Assembly: GCF_054482525.1 (NCBI RefSeq)
Contig: NZ_CM137006.1
DNA: 64,000 nucleotides
Reading direction: 5' to 3' (one strand)
The notes beneath the pieces were generated by a model that saw nothing but the letters and a program-made list of their open reading frames with translations, was not told the origin of the DNA and searched no databases. Numbering within the stretch: the stretch's first letter is position 1; each line of letters begins with the position of its first letter. The position numbers and the translations under genes were made by a program. Of this stretch, positions 9,719-24,313 are shown in pieces.

Positions 9719-10828
9719 GTGGCGACATTAACCCGGCTTTTTATTCATCCTGTTAAATCGATGCGCGGCATTGGTCTTACACATGCTCTGGCAGATGTCA
9801 GTGGTCTGGCCTTCGATCGCATCTTTATGATCACGGAACCTGACGGTACGTTTATTACCGCTCGCCAGTTTCCGCAAATGGTACGGTTTACTCCTTCACC
9901 TGTGCATGATGGCTTGCATCTCACCGCACCAGATGGCAGTAGCGCATATGTTCGTTTTGCTGATTTCGCCACACAAGACGCACCAACCGAAGTTTGGGGC
10001 ACACATTTTACCGCGCGAATTGCGCCAGACGCGATCAACAAATGGCTAAGTGGATATTTCTCCCGCGAAGTGCAGTTGCGCTGGGTGGGGCCACAAATGA
10101 CGCGGCGCGTGAAACGCCACAACACTGTACCCCTGTCATTTGCTGATGGCTATCCTTACCTTCTTGCTAACGAAGCCTCGTTACGTGATCTCCAACAACG
10201 TTGTCCGGCCAGTGTAAAAATGGAGCAATTCCGCCCTAATCTGGTGGTTTCCGGCGCGTCAGCCTGGGAAGAAGATAGCTGGAAAGTGATTCGTATTGGT
10301 GATGTGGTGTTTGATGTGGTTAAACCTTGTAGCCGCTGTATTTTCACCACCGTCAGCCCAGAAAAAGGGCAAAAACATCCGGCAGGCGAACCATTAAAAA
10401 CATTGCAATCTTTCCGCACTGCCCAGGATAACGGCGATGTCGATTTTGGCCAGAATTTAATTGCCCGTAATAGCGGCGTAATTCGCGTTGGCGATGAGGT
10501 GGAAATTCTGGCAACGGCTCCGGCTAAAATTTACGGCGCAGCCGCCGCTGATGATACCGTCAACATCACGCAACAACCGGACGCAAATGTAGATATTGAC
10601 TGGCAGGGACAGGCATTTCGTGGAAATAACCAGCAGGTGTTGCTGGAGCAATTAGAAAATCAGGGAATTCGTATCCCTTATTCTTGCCGCGCGGGCATTT
10701 GTGGAAGTTGCCGTGTTCAGCTTTTAGAAGGCGAAGTCACGCCGCTGAAAAAATCAGCAATGGGCGATGATGGCACCATTCTTTGCTGTAGCTGTGTACC
10801 GAAGACTGCGCTTAAGCTGACGCGTTAG
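9719..10828 (+). CDS. ycbX: MOSC-domain protein with C-terminal 2Fe-2S ferredoxin domain, YcbX
   Basis: ORF track, 369 aa, GTG start; C-terminal CRAGICGSC motif typical of plant-type ferredoxin. Confidence 0.9.
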   Translation: MATLTRLFIHPVKSMRGIGLTHALADVSGLAFDRIFMITEPDGTFITARQFPQMVRFTPSPVHDGLHLTAPDGSSAYVRFADFATQDAPTEVWGTHFTARIAPDAINKWLSGYFSREVQLRWVGPQMTRRVKRHNTVPLSFADGYPYLLANEASLRDLQQRCPASVKMEQFRPNLVVSGASAWEEDSWKVIRIGDVVFDVVKPCSRCIFTTVSPEKGQKHPAGEPLKTLQSFRTAQDNGDVDFGQNLIARNSGVIRVGDEVEILATAPAKIYGAAAADDTVNITQQPDANVDIDWQGQAFRGNNQQVLLEQLENQGIRIPYSCRAGICGSCRVQLLEGEVTPLKKSAMGDDGTILCCSCVPKTALKLTR

Positions 10829-11367
10829 ACTGCCTGTTCGAGGCTGAAGCTGTCAACATTAACCTGCGGTTTCAGCCTGTCGTTCATGATTTTGATGGCG
10901 TCGCCCAGCTGCATCGCGCGACCCGCAATAACAACGCAGGGTTGTGCCAGTAGGCATAGTGCGGCATTTTCGCCAGATTCAACGACCAGCAAATTGACTT
11001 GCTCGTGAGTGTCGCTCAACCAAACGCAGGCCGCATCGCCCGGCATGGGCACCCACATTTCACCATGGGAAACAAAATGCCAGCTTTTCGGCATTTGCGG
11101 TTTGAGATAACGAATTGCTACCAGCGCATTAAGCACCAGTTCGGCTTTTTGTTCTTTAGATAAATTAAAATCGCGGCATTTTTCTTCAAATGAGAAATAG
11201 AGCGCGGCGTCATCAACGCAAAAGCCTGCGGGAGAAAAGGCATCTGGAGTCAACATTTTGCGCGCAAAACGTGAGCGAAATAGCATACCATTGGCTAAAT
11301 CGAGCATCATTCGATCGTGCTCTTCATCGTAATACCAACGCCAGTTATCGTCTGGTTTAATTCGCAT
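10825..11367 (-). CDS. zapC: Cell-division protein ZapC (180 aa)
   Basis: ORF-track 10825..11403 trimmed to the conserved start [19 protein letters not shown]; 4-nt convergent overlap with ycbX. Confidence 0.85.
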   Translation of the reverse strand: MRIKPDDNWRWYYDEEHDRMMLDLANGMLFRSRFARKMLTPDAFSPAGFCVDDAALYFSFEEKCRDFNLSKEQKAELVLNALVAIRYLKPQMPKSWHFVSHGEMWVPMPGDAACVWLSDTHEQVNLLVVESGENAALCLLAQPCVVIAGRAMQLGDAIKIMNDRLKPQVNVDSFSLEQAV

Positions 11368-11486
11368 TTGCCTCTCCCCTACCCTATAAAACCGCAGCAA
11401 CACAATCCATTGTCGCTTCGCTTAATAACCTCAACAATAAAAGTACAAAATGTCTAAATAAGCAACAGCGATGAATATAAAACAAC

Positions 11487-11512
11487 CAGGGCTGAAAATA
11501 AAGCCCTGATTA
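11487..11512 (-). terminator. Putative pyrD terminator hairpin
   Basis: 7-bp stem CAGGGCT/AGCCCTG with a following U-rich tract on the minus strand, about 30 nt past the pyrD stop. Confidence 0.45.
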
Positions 11513-11540
11513 TCTTATAAAGAGGAATTCGAAGAAATAA

Positions 11541-12551
11541 TTAGATATGGGTAACGATTTCTTTAATCAGCGGCGGACCTTTAAAAATAAAACCAGAATA
11601 AATTTGCACCAGTGAGGCCCCCGCAGCAATCTTTTCACGCGCAGCGATAACCGAGTCAATGCCGCCAACACCGATGATCGGTAAGCGACCGTTTAATTCC
11701 TGTGACAAGCGGCGAATAATTTCTGTGCTTTTTAACTGAAGCGGACGACCACTTAAGCCACCGGTTTGATCGCAATTTTTCATTCCCTGAACCAGAGAAC
11801 GATCGAGAGTGGTATTGGTTGCAATAACGCCATCAATATTATGGCGAACTAAACTATCGGCAACCTGGATCAATTCTTCTTCAGAAAGATCCGGCGCGAT
11901 CTTCACTGCGATCGGCACATATTTATGGTGCATCGCTTGCAAATCATTTTGCTTATTTTTAATCGCGGTTAAGAGATCATCCAGCGCTTCGCCATATTGC
12001 AGTGTGCGTAGTCCTGGGGTATTCGGCGATGAAATATTGATGGCGATATATCCCGCATAAGCATAGATTTTTTCCATACAAATCAGATAGTCATCTTTAC
12101 CCTGCTCCACCGGCGTATCTTTATTTTTGCCGATGTTAATACCCAGGACGCCATCATAATGGGCTTTTTTTACGTTCTCTACGAGGTTATCAACGCCAAG
12201 ATTATTAAAGCCCATACGGTTGATCAAACCTTCGGCATCTACCAGACGAAAGAGACGCGGCTTGTCATTACCTGGCTGTGGACGTGGCGTGACGGTACCG
12301 ATCTCGATCGATCCAAATCCCATCGCGCCTAACGCGTCAATGCACTCCCCGTCTTTATCAAGACCGGCTGCCAGACCAAGCGGATTTTTAAACGTCAGGC
12401 CCATGCAGTTAACAGGTTTCGCAGGCACTTTCTGCCGCACCAGTGCTTCAAACGGCGTTCCGGTAATGCGGCGTAATTGCTGAAAAGTAAACTCATGAGC
12501 GCGCTCTGGATCGAGCTGGAAAAGGGCTTTACGAACGAAGGGGTAGTACAT
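11541..12551 (-). CDS. pyrD: Dihydroorotate dehydrogenase (quinone) PyrD (336 aa)
   Basis: ORF-track 11541..12578 trimmed to the conserved start [11 protein letters not shown]; class 2 DHODH sequence. Confidence 0.95.
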   Translation of the reverse strand: MYYPFVRKALFQLDPERAHEFTFQQLRRITGTPFEALVRQKVPAKPVNCMGLTFKNPLGLAAGLDKDGECIDALGAMGFGSIEIGTVTPRPQPGNDKPRLFRLVDAEGLINRMGFNNLGVDNLVENVKKAHYDGVLGINIGKNKDTPVEQGKDDYLICMEKIYAYAGYIAINISSPNTPGLRTLQYGEALDDLLTAIKNKQNDLQAMHHKYVPIAVKIAPDLSEEELIQVADSLVRHNIDGVIATNTTLDRSLVQGMKNCDQTGGLSGRPLQLKSTEIIRRLSQELNGRLPIIGVGGIDSVIAAREKIAAGASLVQIYSGFIFKGPPLIKEIVTHI

Positions 12552-12637
12552 GAACTCTCCTGGATTCCCGGTGTGCAAACCGGGGGCGTATTATGTGCGA
12601 GTTCGGACCAAAAGGGAATTGACCTGTGGCAAAAAAA

Positions 12638-12653
12638 GCGCAAACGTTTTCCG
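12638..12653. promoter_or_regulatory. PurR-box-like element upstream of pyrD (GCGCAAACGTTTTCCG)
   Basis: Good match to the PurR operator consensus ACGCAAACGTTTTCTT (recalled), about 90 nt upstream of the pyrD start. Confidence 0.45.
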
Positions 12654-12661
12654 AGCCTGTT

Positions 12662-13372
12662 TCAGAGCAGATTTTGCTCCTTCTTTGCACTCAACCCGCC
12701 GTAATCATTTATCGTCCGCCAGGAGACATGACACGGTGCTATTGCCTGACACCAGCTTGTCTGACGCTGGCTTTTAGGTGGCACAACTCCCGCATTACTT
12801 AACGCTTTACCATTTACGCTCACCTGAATCAGGTTAATGTAGTAAGGCGTTGGGTTAGTGAGTTGTACACCCTGCGAATTCCGTGTCCAGCGTAATTGTT
12901 GATAAGCTTCCAGCGGGTCGCCCGGCAAACCTTCGGGTCGCCAGAACAGTTTAAATACCGAGCGCATCGCCACTTTTACGCTCTGATTTTCAACTTTGCC
13001 GGATGGCACGCTGGCAATGCTTAACTCAAATAGCGTTTCGCGATCCACAGGCAAGATGTCGCTTTCCGTTCTCAGCAAGCGCAACGTGCCTGTAGTACCG
13101 GGCTTCAGGAGAACAAGTGGTGGAGCGACCAGTAGTGGTGCTGACCCTGTCGATGCTTCGCCCCCGGCCCAACGCGTTGGGCGATTGATTTTACTGTTAA
13201 TAAGCCAGGATTCCTGACTGGTATTAGTCAGTGAAATAGATATCGATTCTCTGTCTGCCGGGAAGATAAATCGCGTTCCGCCAACCACCACTCCTGCCTG
13301 CAATTCCCCCGCCACCAGCAGCGATAAAACGGCAAAAATCGCGAGCGTCAATCTGTTCCACGTATTAGTCAT
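12662..13372 (-). CDS. ycbF: Periplasmic fimbrial chaperone YcbF (PapD-like)
   Basis: ORF-track 12662..13399 trimmed to MTNTWNRLTL (236 aa); last gene of the elf chaperone-usher cluster. Confidence 0.8.
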   Translation of the reverse strand: MTNTWNRLTLAIFAVLSLLVAGELQAGVVVGGTRFIFPADRESISISLTNTSQESWLINSKINRPTRWAGGEASTGSAPLLVAPPLVLLKPGTTGTLRLLRTESDILPVDRETLFELSIASVPSGKVENQSVKVAMRSVFKLFWRPEGLPGDPLEAYQQLRWTRNSQGVQLTNPTPYYINLIQVSVNGKALSNAGVVPPKSQRQTSWCQAIAPCHVSWRTINDYGGLSAKKEQNLL

Positions 13373-13880
13373 AATGAAGTACAAATGTCGCGCTGGCATT
13401 CACTTTACCCGACTGCACATCGCTATTAACAGGTCGCAATTGCGCATAAAAAGTTAATGGCACCTTACCGCTATGTAGGCTGTAGTCTTTACTCGCCTGG
13501 TTAAGCGGAATCAATATTTTCGCATCATCCAGAATCGCAATTGCCAGCCCACTGGCTGCATCCGTACCACTTTCAATGGACAGCATTTCGCTCTGCATTC
13601 CGTCGGGTGTTCCTGAAAAGGTAACGTCAACCGTGCTGACATCTGTTCCGCAATCCTGCAAATTAATGATGAAAGATTTCTCCGGGCCATAGTTCCCATG
13701 AGAAAAACGTGTCAGCGAGACATCGCCTAACTGCACATTGATTTGCTTGCTATCCTGTGCCAGCACGCATGTATTACGGCGAAACGATCCGCTAATGTTG
13801 ACCGTGCCATCATGGGCAAATAGCTCACAACCCCCCGTTAATCCCAGTAAGAACAGAATCCAGATTATCCGTTTCAACAT
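13365..13880 (-). CDS. ycbV: Fimbrial-like subunit YcbV
   Basis: ORF-track 13365..13928 trimmed to MLKRIIWILFLLGL (171 aa); signal peptide; 8-nt overlap with ycbF start. Confidence 0.75.
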   Translation of the reverse strand: MLKRIIWILFLLGLTGGCELFAHDGTVNISGSFRRNTCVLAQDSKQINVQLGDVSLTRFSHGNYGPEKSFIINLQDCGTDVSTVDVTFSGTPDGMQSEMLSIESGTDAASGLAIAILDDAKILIPLNQASKDYSLHSGKVPLTFYAQLRPVNSDVQSGKVNASATFVLHYD

Positions 13881-13887
13881 CACTCCT

Positions 13888-14430
13888 TCACTGGTAAACC
13901 AGATCAAAATAGAGAACCGCCGTCGCATTACCGCCCGTTGCTCCCGCCTTTGTGGACTTATAACGAAGTTGATATTTGAGTGTGTTATCCCCGGCTTTTA
14001 AGGGCGTAAGAGGCTGGACCTGATTGAGCGGGATTTCTTGCTGACTTTGCGCATCAAGAATTTGCACGGCAATCCCCGTTGCCATACCACCGCTTCCGCC
14101 TGTGTCAGTTAGTTTGAGCAGTGTCGGCGCAAGGGTGTCAGCCTCGCCGCTAAAAAGGACGTCCGCGCCAGTAATACCAGCGGCACAACCGGTGATATCG
14201 ATATTCAAATCAGCAGCAGTGCTTACGGTATTCGCGGCCTGAAAATCACTGATATTAAAATCACCAATATGAATATTTTGTAATGCACTTTTGGTGGCGA
14301 CATCACAGCCCTGATCGACCACATTCCCATAAATATGCATACTAACTTGTTCAGGCCCAGCCATCCCGACATGGGTGTTAAGAAAGCTAAAGAACAAGAT
14401 AACGTACTGAAATATTGTTTTTTTCTTCAT
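13888..14430 (-). CDS. ycbU: Fimbrial-like subunit YcbU
   Basis: ORF track, 180 aa; signal peptide; C-terminal pilin-like tail (AVLYFDLVYQ). Confidence 0.8.
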   Translation of the reverse strand: MKKKTIFQYVILFFSFLNTHVGMAGPEQVSMHIYGNVVDQGCDVATKSALQNIHIGDFNISDFQAANTVSTAADLNIDITGCAAGITGADVLFSGEADTLAPTLLKLTDTGGSGGMATGIAVQILDAQSQQEIPLNQVQPLTPLKAGDNTLKYQLRYKSTKAGATGGNATAVLYFDLVYQ

Positions 14431-14441
14431 ACGTTCACGCG

Positions 14442-18103
<3,662 letters not shown>

Positions 18104-18127
18104 CTCGCTCTCTTAACTGAAGACGGC

Positions 18128-18829
18128 TTACGATTTGCAGTTGAGTTGCGGCGTTTCCGCCCCGTAGTCATTGATGGTTCGGTACGTTACGCTGTTATTT
18201 TTGGCACCCTTTGGCAGAGAGAATTGGTATTTATCAAAGGGGGAAATCATTTGATTTTTAACTACCTTTCCACCTATTTTCAGGTCTGTCAGGGTAATGA
18301 AATAAGGTGTTGGGTTACTGACCGTAACCATGTCAGCTGACGAAGTGCAACGCAGTTTCGCCGGAGCCTCGGCTAAGGGATACGCTAAACCTTTTGGTCG
18401 CCAGAAAAGTTTGATGACGCTTTGTGTGGCAATCTTCAGGGTATTGCCTTCTTCCCGCTTCGTTGTTGAAGGGACTGCCCGTACGCTGGTGAAGAAAAGA
18501 GTTTCTCTGTCTTTCGCCAACGGCGCGCCAATGTACATAATGCGTAGCAGGTTCTCGTTTGCCGGATTTAGCACAAATAGCGGTGGTGTAATAATAAAGT
18601 CCGCTGACTTTTTATTATCTGGTGTCATCACCCATGACTGAATCAGATAAGGAACATCCGGACTGGTGTTACGTACACCCAGTGAAATTTGCTCTTCACC
18701 TTCCGAATAAACAAGACGTGTTGCTGCAAGTCCGACCCCACCTTTACCTGCCGCCCATGTGAACGAACAGCTGAGTAATATTGCCGTTAAACTTACGGTC
18801 ACAATTCCCTTTGTTATGCAAGTTTTCAT
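18128..18829 (-). CDS. elfD: Periplasmic fimbrial chaperone ElfD
   Basis: ORF track, 233 aa; PapD-like chaperone with signal peptide. Confidence 0.9.
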   Translation of the reverse strand: MKTCITKGIVTVSLTAILLSCSFTWAAGKGGVGLAATRLVYSEGEEQISLGVRNTSPDVPYLIQSWVMTPDNKKSADFIITPPLFVLNPANENLLRIMYIGAPLAKDRETLFFTSVRAVPSTTKREEGNTLKIATQSVIKLFWRPKGLAYPLAEAPAKLRCTSSADMVTVSNPTPYFITLTDLKIGGKVVKNQMISPFDKYQFSLPKGAKNNSVTYRTINDYGAETPQLNCKS

Positions 18830-18911
18830 AAATAGTCACTCTTAAAAAATATGGATATCCCCTCCAGAACACTGGAGGGGGACTAATTAATAAAACAATT
18901 AATGTGTTCTA

Positions 18912-19454
18912 TTAATAATAGTTAATATGAAAATCCGTTACCGCATTAACATTACCTGAAGTCGCTTTACCCGTAGCGATATAATCAACTTTAAAAGTCA
19001 CTGTTTGCTCAGCGGAATCCGCTAACTGAATATTCGACGTTTCAATACCGGGAGTTACCGATGTAGAACCATCTGGCAGATACATTTGTAGAGCAACATT
19101 CGTCGCTGCATCGGTGGAAGCCTGGTTGGCAAATGCTGTAGGTTGCACTCCGTCAGCCGTACCACTGAAGGTAAAAGTCGCATTTTTAGTTACAGTAACA
19201 TCACAGCCTTCTAAGGCAATTGGTACATCAGTTTTAACGCCAGAGACTGCACCATTAGTTTGCAACTTGGTGGCGCTGACATTTGGCAATGTGACTACTG
19301 AATCTTTGTTCGCAGCTACCAGCGAACAAGCTGGAGCAATGACTTTACCATTAAATGTTACTGAGCCATCCGTGATAGCATTATCATCAGCTGCCATAAC
19401 ACTGGACGTTGCACATACCACAGTTATAAACGCCGTCAATACACTTTTTTTCAT
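18912..19454 (-). CDS. elfA: Major fimbrial subunit ElfA
   Basis: ORF-track 18912..19463 trimmed to MKKSVLTAFITVVCATSSVMA (signal peptide); pilin-like C-terminus. Confidence 0.85.
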   Translation of the reverse strand: MKKSVLTAFITVVCATSSVMAADDNAITDGSVTFNGKVIAPACSLVAANKDSVVTLPNVSATKLQTNGAVSGVKTDVPIALEGCDVTVTKNATFTFSGTADGVQPTAFANQASTDAATNVALQMYLPDGSTSVTPGIETSNIQLADSAEQTVTFKVDYIATGKATSGNVNAVTDFHINYY

Positions 19455-19809
19455 CGTTATCATCCTGATCTTTTCGTAAATATGATAATGCCTTTAAATG
19501 ACATTGGACTTAATAATAACAACAATTGTCCGCCATTTAAATCAAGCATCTTTAATCCATTAAGTGACAAATCTTTAATTTATAGATTTCATGAATATTT
19601 TCTTATTGCCTGAATGAGTAATTCATTGATTCAACATCTAATGACTATCCAATAAATAAATATGCGTGATATATAAAGCCCTTTCTTTAGTTTATTTTCA
19701 GAAAAAGATACACAAAATTTATATTTGGCATTTTCTTGTCTCTCCGACAGACTGACCGAATTGTTATCAATGTTAACAAAAAAAGAACAATTGGTTATAA
19801 GGAGAGAGT

Positions 19810-20385
19810 ATGCGTGTCATCACCCTGGCGGGTAGTCCTCGCTTTCCTTCTCGCTCCAGCTCCTTGCTGGAATATGCGCGGGAAAAACTGAATGGCCTGG
19901 ATGTAGAGGTTTATCACTGGAATCTGCAAAACTTTGCCCCGGAAGATCTGCTTTATGCTCGTTTCGATAGTCCGGCACTCAATACCTTCACCGAACAGTT
20001 GCAACAGGCTGACGGGCTGATTGTCGCCACGCCTGTGTATAAAGCCGCCTATTCCGGTGCGCTAAAAACCCTGCTCGACCTGCTGCCAGAACGTGCGTTG
20101 CAAGGCAAAGTGGTGCTACCGCTGGCGACGGGCGGTACGGTGGCCCATCTGCTGGCGGTCGATTATGCCCTTAAGCCAGTTTTAAGTGCGCTGAAAGCCC
20201 AGGAGATCCTGCACGGCGTGTTTGCCGATGACTCACAGGTGATTGATTACCACCACAAGCCGCAGTTCACGCCGAATTTACAAACCCGTCTTGATACCGC
20301 GCTAGAAACTTTCTGGCAGGCATTGCACCGTCGGGATGTTCAGGTTCCTGACCTTCTGTCTCTGCGAGGTAATGCCCATGCGTAA
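19810..20385 (+). CDS. ssuE: NADPH-dependent FMN reductase SsuE
   Basis: ORF track, 191 aa; first gene of ssuEADCB. Confidence 0.9.
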   Translation: MRVITLAGSPRFPSRSSSLLEYAREKLNGLDVEVYHWNLQNFAPEDLLYARFDSPALNTFTEQLQQADGLIVATPVYKAAYSGALKTLLDLLPERALQGKVVLPLATGGTVAHLLAVDYALKPVLSALKAQEILHGVFADDSQVIDYHHKPQFTPNLQTRLDTALETFWQALHRRDVQVPDLLSLRGNAHA

Positions 20386-21307
20386 GATCATTAAACTGGC
20401 GCTGGCGGGATTGCTTAGCGTCTCTACTTTTGCGGTTGCTGCAGAATCCTCGCCTGAAGCGTTACGTATAGGCTATCAGAAAGGCAGTATTGGTATGGTG
20501 CTGGCAAAAAGCCACCAGTTACTGGAAAAACGCTATCCGCAAACAAAAATCTCGTGGGTGGAGTTTCCCGCGGGACCGCAAATGTTGGAGGCGTTAAACG
20601 TTGGCAGTATTGATCTCGGCAGTACCGGAGATATTCCGCCAATCTTTGCCCAGGCTGCCGGTGCTGATTTGGTATATGTGGGCGTCGAGCCGCCGAAGCC
20701 CAAAGCCGAAGTGATTCTGGTGGCAGAAAATAGCCCGATCAAAACCGTAGCCGATCTTAAAGGTCACAAAGTTGCCTTTCAGAAAGGTTCCAGCTCTCAC
20801 AATCTTTTACTACGCGCACTACGCCAGGCCGGGCTTAAATTCACGGATATTCAGCCCACTTACCTGACGCCTGCCGATGCCCGCGCCGCGTTCCAGCAAG
20901 GTAACGTCGACGCATGGGCTATCTGGGATCCCTACTACTCCGCTGCATTATTACAGGGCGGCGTGCGGGTGTTGAAAGACGGCACCGATCTCAATCAAAC
21001 CGGATCGTTTTATCTGGCAGCTCGCCCCTATGCAGAAAAAAACGGCGCTTTTATTCAGGGCGTACTGGCAACCTTTAGTGAGGCCGATGCGTTAACCCGC
21101 TGCCAGCGCGAGCAAAGCATCGCCTTATTGGCAAAAACGATGGGCTTACCGGCCCCAGTGATTGCCTCGTATCTGGATCATCGCCCTCCCACCACCATCA
21201 AACCGGTTAACGCCGAAGTTGCCGCCTTACAGCAGCAAACGGCAGATCTGTTTTATGAAAACCGTCTGGTGCCGAAAAAAGTCGATATTCGCCAGCGTAT
21301 CTGGTAG
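20378..21307 (+). CDS. ssuA: Alkanesulfonate ABC transporter periplasmic binding protein SsuA
   Basis: ORF-track 20336..21307 trimmed to [13 protein letters not shown] (signal peptide); ATG overlaps the ssuE 3' end by 8 nt. Confidence 0.9.
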   Translation: MRKIIKLALAGLLSVSTFAVAAESSPEALRIGYQKGSIGMVLAKSHQLLEKRYPQTKISWVEFPAGPQMLEALNVGSIDLGSTGDIPPIFAQAAGADLVYVGVEPPKPKAEVILVAENSPIKTVADLKGHKVAFQKGSSSHNLLLRALRQAGLKFTDIQPTYLTPADARAAFQQGNVDAWAIWDPYYSAALLQGGVRVLKDGTDLNQTGSFYLAARPYAEKNGAFIQGVLATFSEADALTRCQREQSIALLAKTMGLPAPVIASYLDHRPPTTIKPVNAEVAALQQQTADLFYENRLVPKKVDIRQRIW

Positions 21308-21333
21308 CTCACTCAACTGGAAGGAAAACAATT

Positions 21334-22479
21334 ATGAGTCTGAATATGTTCTGGTTTTTACCGACCCACGGTGACGGGCATTATCTGGGAACGGAAGAAG
21401 GTTCACGCCCGGTTGATCACGGTTATCTGCAACAAATTGCGCAAGCGGCGGATCGCCTGGGCTATACCGGTGTGCTGATCCCAACGGGGCGCTCCTGCGA
21501 AGATGCGTGGCTGGTTGCCGCGTCGATGATCCCGGTGACGCAACGGCTGAAGTTTCTTGTCGCCCTGCGTCCCAGCGTAACCTCACCTACCGTTGCCGCC
21601 CGCCAGGCCGCCACGCTTGACCGTCTCTCGAATGGTCGTGCGTTGTTTAATCTGGTCACAGGCAGCGATCCACAAGAGCTGGCAGGCGACGGCGTGTTCC
21701 TTGATCATAGCGAGCGCTACGAAGCCTCGGCGGAATTTACCCAGGTCTGGCGGCGCTTATTGCTGGGGGAAACCGTCAATTTCAACGGTAAACATATTCA
21801 TGTGCGCGGAGCCAAACTGCTCTTCCCGCCGATTCAACAGCCGTATCCTCCGCTTTACTTTGGCGGATCGTCAGATGTCGCCCAGGAGCTGGCGGCAGAA
21901 CAAGTTGATCTCTACCTCACCTGGGGCGAACCGCCGGAACTGGTTAAAGAGAAAATCGAACAAGTGCGGGCGAAAGCTGCCGCGCATGGACGCAAAATTC
22001 GTTTCGGTATTCGTCTGCATGTGATTGTTCGTGAAACCAACGACGAAGCGTGGCAGGCCGCCGAGCGGTTAATCTCGCATCTTGATGATGAGACTATCGC
22101 CAAAGCACAAGCCGCATTCGCCCGGACGGATTCCGTAGGACAACAGCGAATGGCGGCGCTACATAACGGCAAGCGCGACAATCTGGAGATCAGCCCCAAT
22201 TTATGGGCGGGTGTTGGCTTAGTGCGCGGCGGTGCCGGGACGGCACTGGTGGGCGATGGTCCGACGGTCGCTGCGCGAATCAACGAATACGCTGCACTTG
22301 GCATCGACAGTTTTGTGCTTTCGGGCTACCCGCATCTGGAAGAAGCGTATCGGGTTGGCGAATTGCTGTTCCCGCATCTGGATGTCGCCATCCCGGAAAT
22401 TCCGAAGCCGCAGCCGCTGAATCCGCAAGGCGAAGCGGTGGCAAATGATTTTATCCCCCGTAAAGCCGCGCAAAGCTAA
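21334..22479 (+). CDS. ssuD: FMNH2-dependent alkanesulfonate monooxygenase SsuD
   Basis: ORF track, 381 aa; luciferase-like monooxygenase. Confidence 0.95.
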   Translation: MSLNMFWFLPTHGDGHYLGTEEGSRPVDHGYLQQIAQAADRLGYTGVLIPTGRSCEDAWLVAASMIPVTQRLKFLVALRPSVTSPTVAARQAATLDRLSNGRALFNLVTGSDPQELAGDGVFLDHSERYEASAEFTQVWRRLLLGETVNFNGKHIHVRGAKLLFPPIQQPYPPLYFGGSSDVAQELAAEQVDLYLTWGEPPELVKEKIEQVRAKAAAHGRKIRFGIRLHVIVRETNDEAWQAAERLISHLDDETIAKAQAAFARTDSVGQQRMAALHNGKRDNLEISPNLWAGVGLVRGGAGTALVGDGPTVAARINEYAALGIDSFVLSGYPHLEEAYRVGELLFPHLDVAIPEIPKPQPLNPQGEAVANDFIPRKAAQS

Positions 22480-22489
22480 GGAATAAATA

Positions 22490-23281
22490 ATGGCAACGCC
22501 AGTGAAGAAGTGGTTATTGCGCGTTGCCCCCTGGTTTTTACCGGTGGGCATCGTGGCGGTGTGGCAACTGGCCTCCTCAGTTGGCTGGCTGTCGACGCGT
22601 ATTTTGCCCTCTCCGGAAGGAGTGGTGACGGCGTTCTGGACGCTCTCCGCCAGCGGCGAATTGTGGCAGCATCTGGCGATCAGCTCCTGGCGGGCGTTGA
22701 TTGGCTTTTCAATTGGCGGATCGCTGGGGTTGATTTTGGGACTGATTAGCGGGCTATCTCGCTGGGGAGAACGGCTGCTGGATACCTCCATTCAGATGTT
22801 GCGTAACGTGCCGCATCTGGCGCTGATCCCGCTGGTGATTTTGTGGTTTGGCATTGATGAATCCGCAAAAATCTTTCTGGTGGCGCTCGGCACGCTATTC
22901 CCCATTTATATCAACACCTGGCACGGCATCCGTAATATCGATCGCGGTCTGGTGGAAATGGCGCGTAGCTATGGATTATCCGGCATCCCGCTGTTTATCC
23001 ATGTGATCCTGCCTGGTGCCCTGCCCTCCATTATGGTCGGCGTGCGTTTTGCGTTGGGCCTGATGTGGCTGACGCTGATTGTTGCCGAAACCATTTCTGC
23101 CAATTCCGGCATTGGTTATCTGGCGATGAATGCGCGGGAGTTTCTGCAAACGGACGTGGTGGTTGTCGCCATTATTCTTTACGCCCTGCTCGGCAAACTT
23201 GCTGACGTCAGCGCGCAGCTGTTAGAGCGCCTCTGGTTGCGCTGGAACCCGGCTTATCATTTGAAGGAGGCCACGGTATGA
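22490..23281 (+). CDS. ssuC: Alkanesulfonate ABC transporter permease SsuC
   Basis: ORF track, 263 aa; multi-TM permease. Confidence 0.95.
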   Translation: MATPVKKWLLRVAPWFLPVGIVAVWQLASSVGWLSTRILPSPEGVVTAFWTLSASGELWQHLAISSWRALIGFSIGGSLGLILGLISGLSRWGERLLDTSIQMLRNVPHLALIPLVILWFGIDESAKIFLVALGTLFPIYINTWHGIRNIDRGLVEMARSYGLSGIPLFIHVILPGALPSIMVGVRFALGLMWLTLIVAETISANSGIGYLAMNAREFLQTDVVVVAIILYALLGKLADVSAQLLERLWLRWNPAYHLKEATV

Positions 23282-24045
23282 ATACTGCTCGTCTGAACCA
23301 GGGCACACCATTGTTGCTCAATGCAGTAAGCAAACATTACGCGGAAAATATCGTCCTGAACCAACTGGATTTACATATTCCTGCAGGTCAGTTTGTGGCG
23401 GTGGTGGGCCGTAGCGGTGGTGGCAAAAGTACCTTGCTGCGCCTGCTGGCAGGTCTGGAAACGCCAACCGCAGGCGATGTGTTAGCGGGCACCACACCGC
23501 TGGCTGAAATTCAGGAAGACACGCGAATGATGTTTCAGGATGCGCGTCTGCTACCGTGGAAATCGGTGATTGATAACGTTGGGTTAGGCCTTCAAGGTCA
23601 GTGGCGCGATGCCGCGCGTCGGGCGCTGGCTGCGGTAGGACTGGAGAATCGCGCGGGGGAATGGCCTGCCGCACTTTCTGGCGGGCAGAAACAGCGTGTG
23701 GCGCTGGCAAGAGCGTTGATTCATCGACCGGGTTTATTATTGCTTGATGAACCGCTCGGGGCGCTGGACGCCCTGACTCGGCTCGAGATGCAGGATTTGA
23801 TTGTGTCACTTTGGCAGGAGCACGGCTTTACCGTACTGTTGGTGACGCATGATGTGAGCGAAGCGGTAGCAATGGCTGACCGGGTGTTATTAATTGAAGA
23901 GGGAAAAATTGGTCTGGATTTGACAGTGGATATCCCCCGTCCGCGTCGATTAGGGTCGGTGCGATTAGCGGAGCTGGAATCGGAAGTGTTGCAAAGGGTG
24001 ATGCAGCGTGGGCACTCTGAACAACCGATTCGGCGTCATGGGTAA
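23278..24045 (+). CDS. ssuB: Alkanesulfonate ABC transporter ATPase SsuB
   Basis: ORF track, 255 aa; Walker [10 protein letters not shown] and signature LSGGQKQR; ATGA overlap with ssuC. Confidence 0.95.
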   Translation: MNTARLNQGTPLLLNAVSKHYAENIVLNQLDLHIPAGQFVAVVGRSGGGKSTLLRLLAGLETPTAGDVLAGTTPLAEIQEDTRMMFQDARLLPWKSVIDNVGLGLQGQWRDAARRALAAVGLENRAGEWPAALSGGQKQRVALARALIHRPGLLLLDEPLGALDALTRLEMQDLIVSLWQEHGFTVLLVTHDVSEAVAMADRVLLIEEGKIGLDLTVDIPRPRRLGSVRLAELESEVLQRVMQRGHSEQPIRRHG

Positions 24046-24262
24046 TATGCCGGATGTGGCGCACAAAACCAGCATTTCCAACGGACTTGTGGGCCTGATA
24101 AGACGCGTCAAGCGTCGCATCAGGCAGTTGGACCCGGTTGCCGGATGCGCGTAAACGCCTTATCAGGAAGTTGGGCACGGCTGCCGGATGCGGCGTGAAC
24201 GCCTTATCCAGCCTACAAAACCAGCATTTTCAACGGACTTGTAGGCCTGATAAGACGCGTCA
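24046..24262. repeat. BIME: cluster of REP palindromic units between ssuB and pepN
   Basis: Several REP-like palindromes (GCCGGATGCGGCGTGAACGCCTTATCCAGCCTAC, GGCCTGATAAGACGCGTCAAGCGTCGCATCAGGC) separated by a repeated linker AAAACCAGCATTT(C/T)CAACGGACTTGT; the last unit is interrupted by the IS. Confidence 0.85.
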
Positions 24263-24313
24263 TGAACTGCACCCCAAATGTTGGACATAATCTGACATCT
24301 GAAGGTGCAGTTT

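Noticed and set aside
9486-9728. 80-aa minus-strand ORF in the rlmL-ycbX intergenic region
   Set aside because: Lies in a divergent promoter region, has no convincing ribosome-binding site or recognisable domain, and overlaps the ycbX start
24046-24262. Possible CRISPR array suggested by clustered palindromic repeats
   Set aside because: The repeats are REP palindromic units of differing sequence and spacing, with no uniform repeat-spacer periodicity and no cas genes nearby
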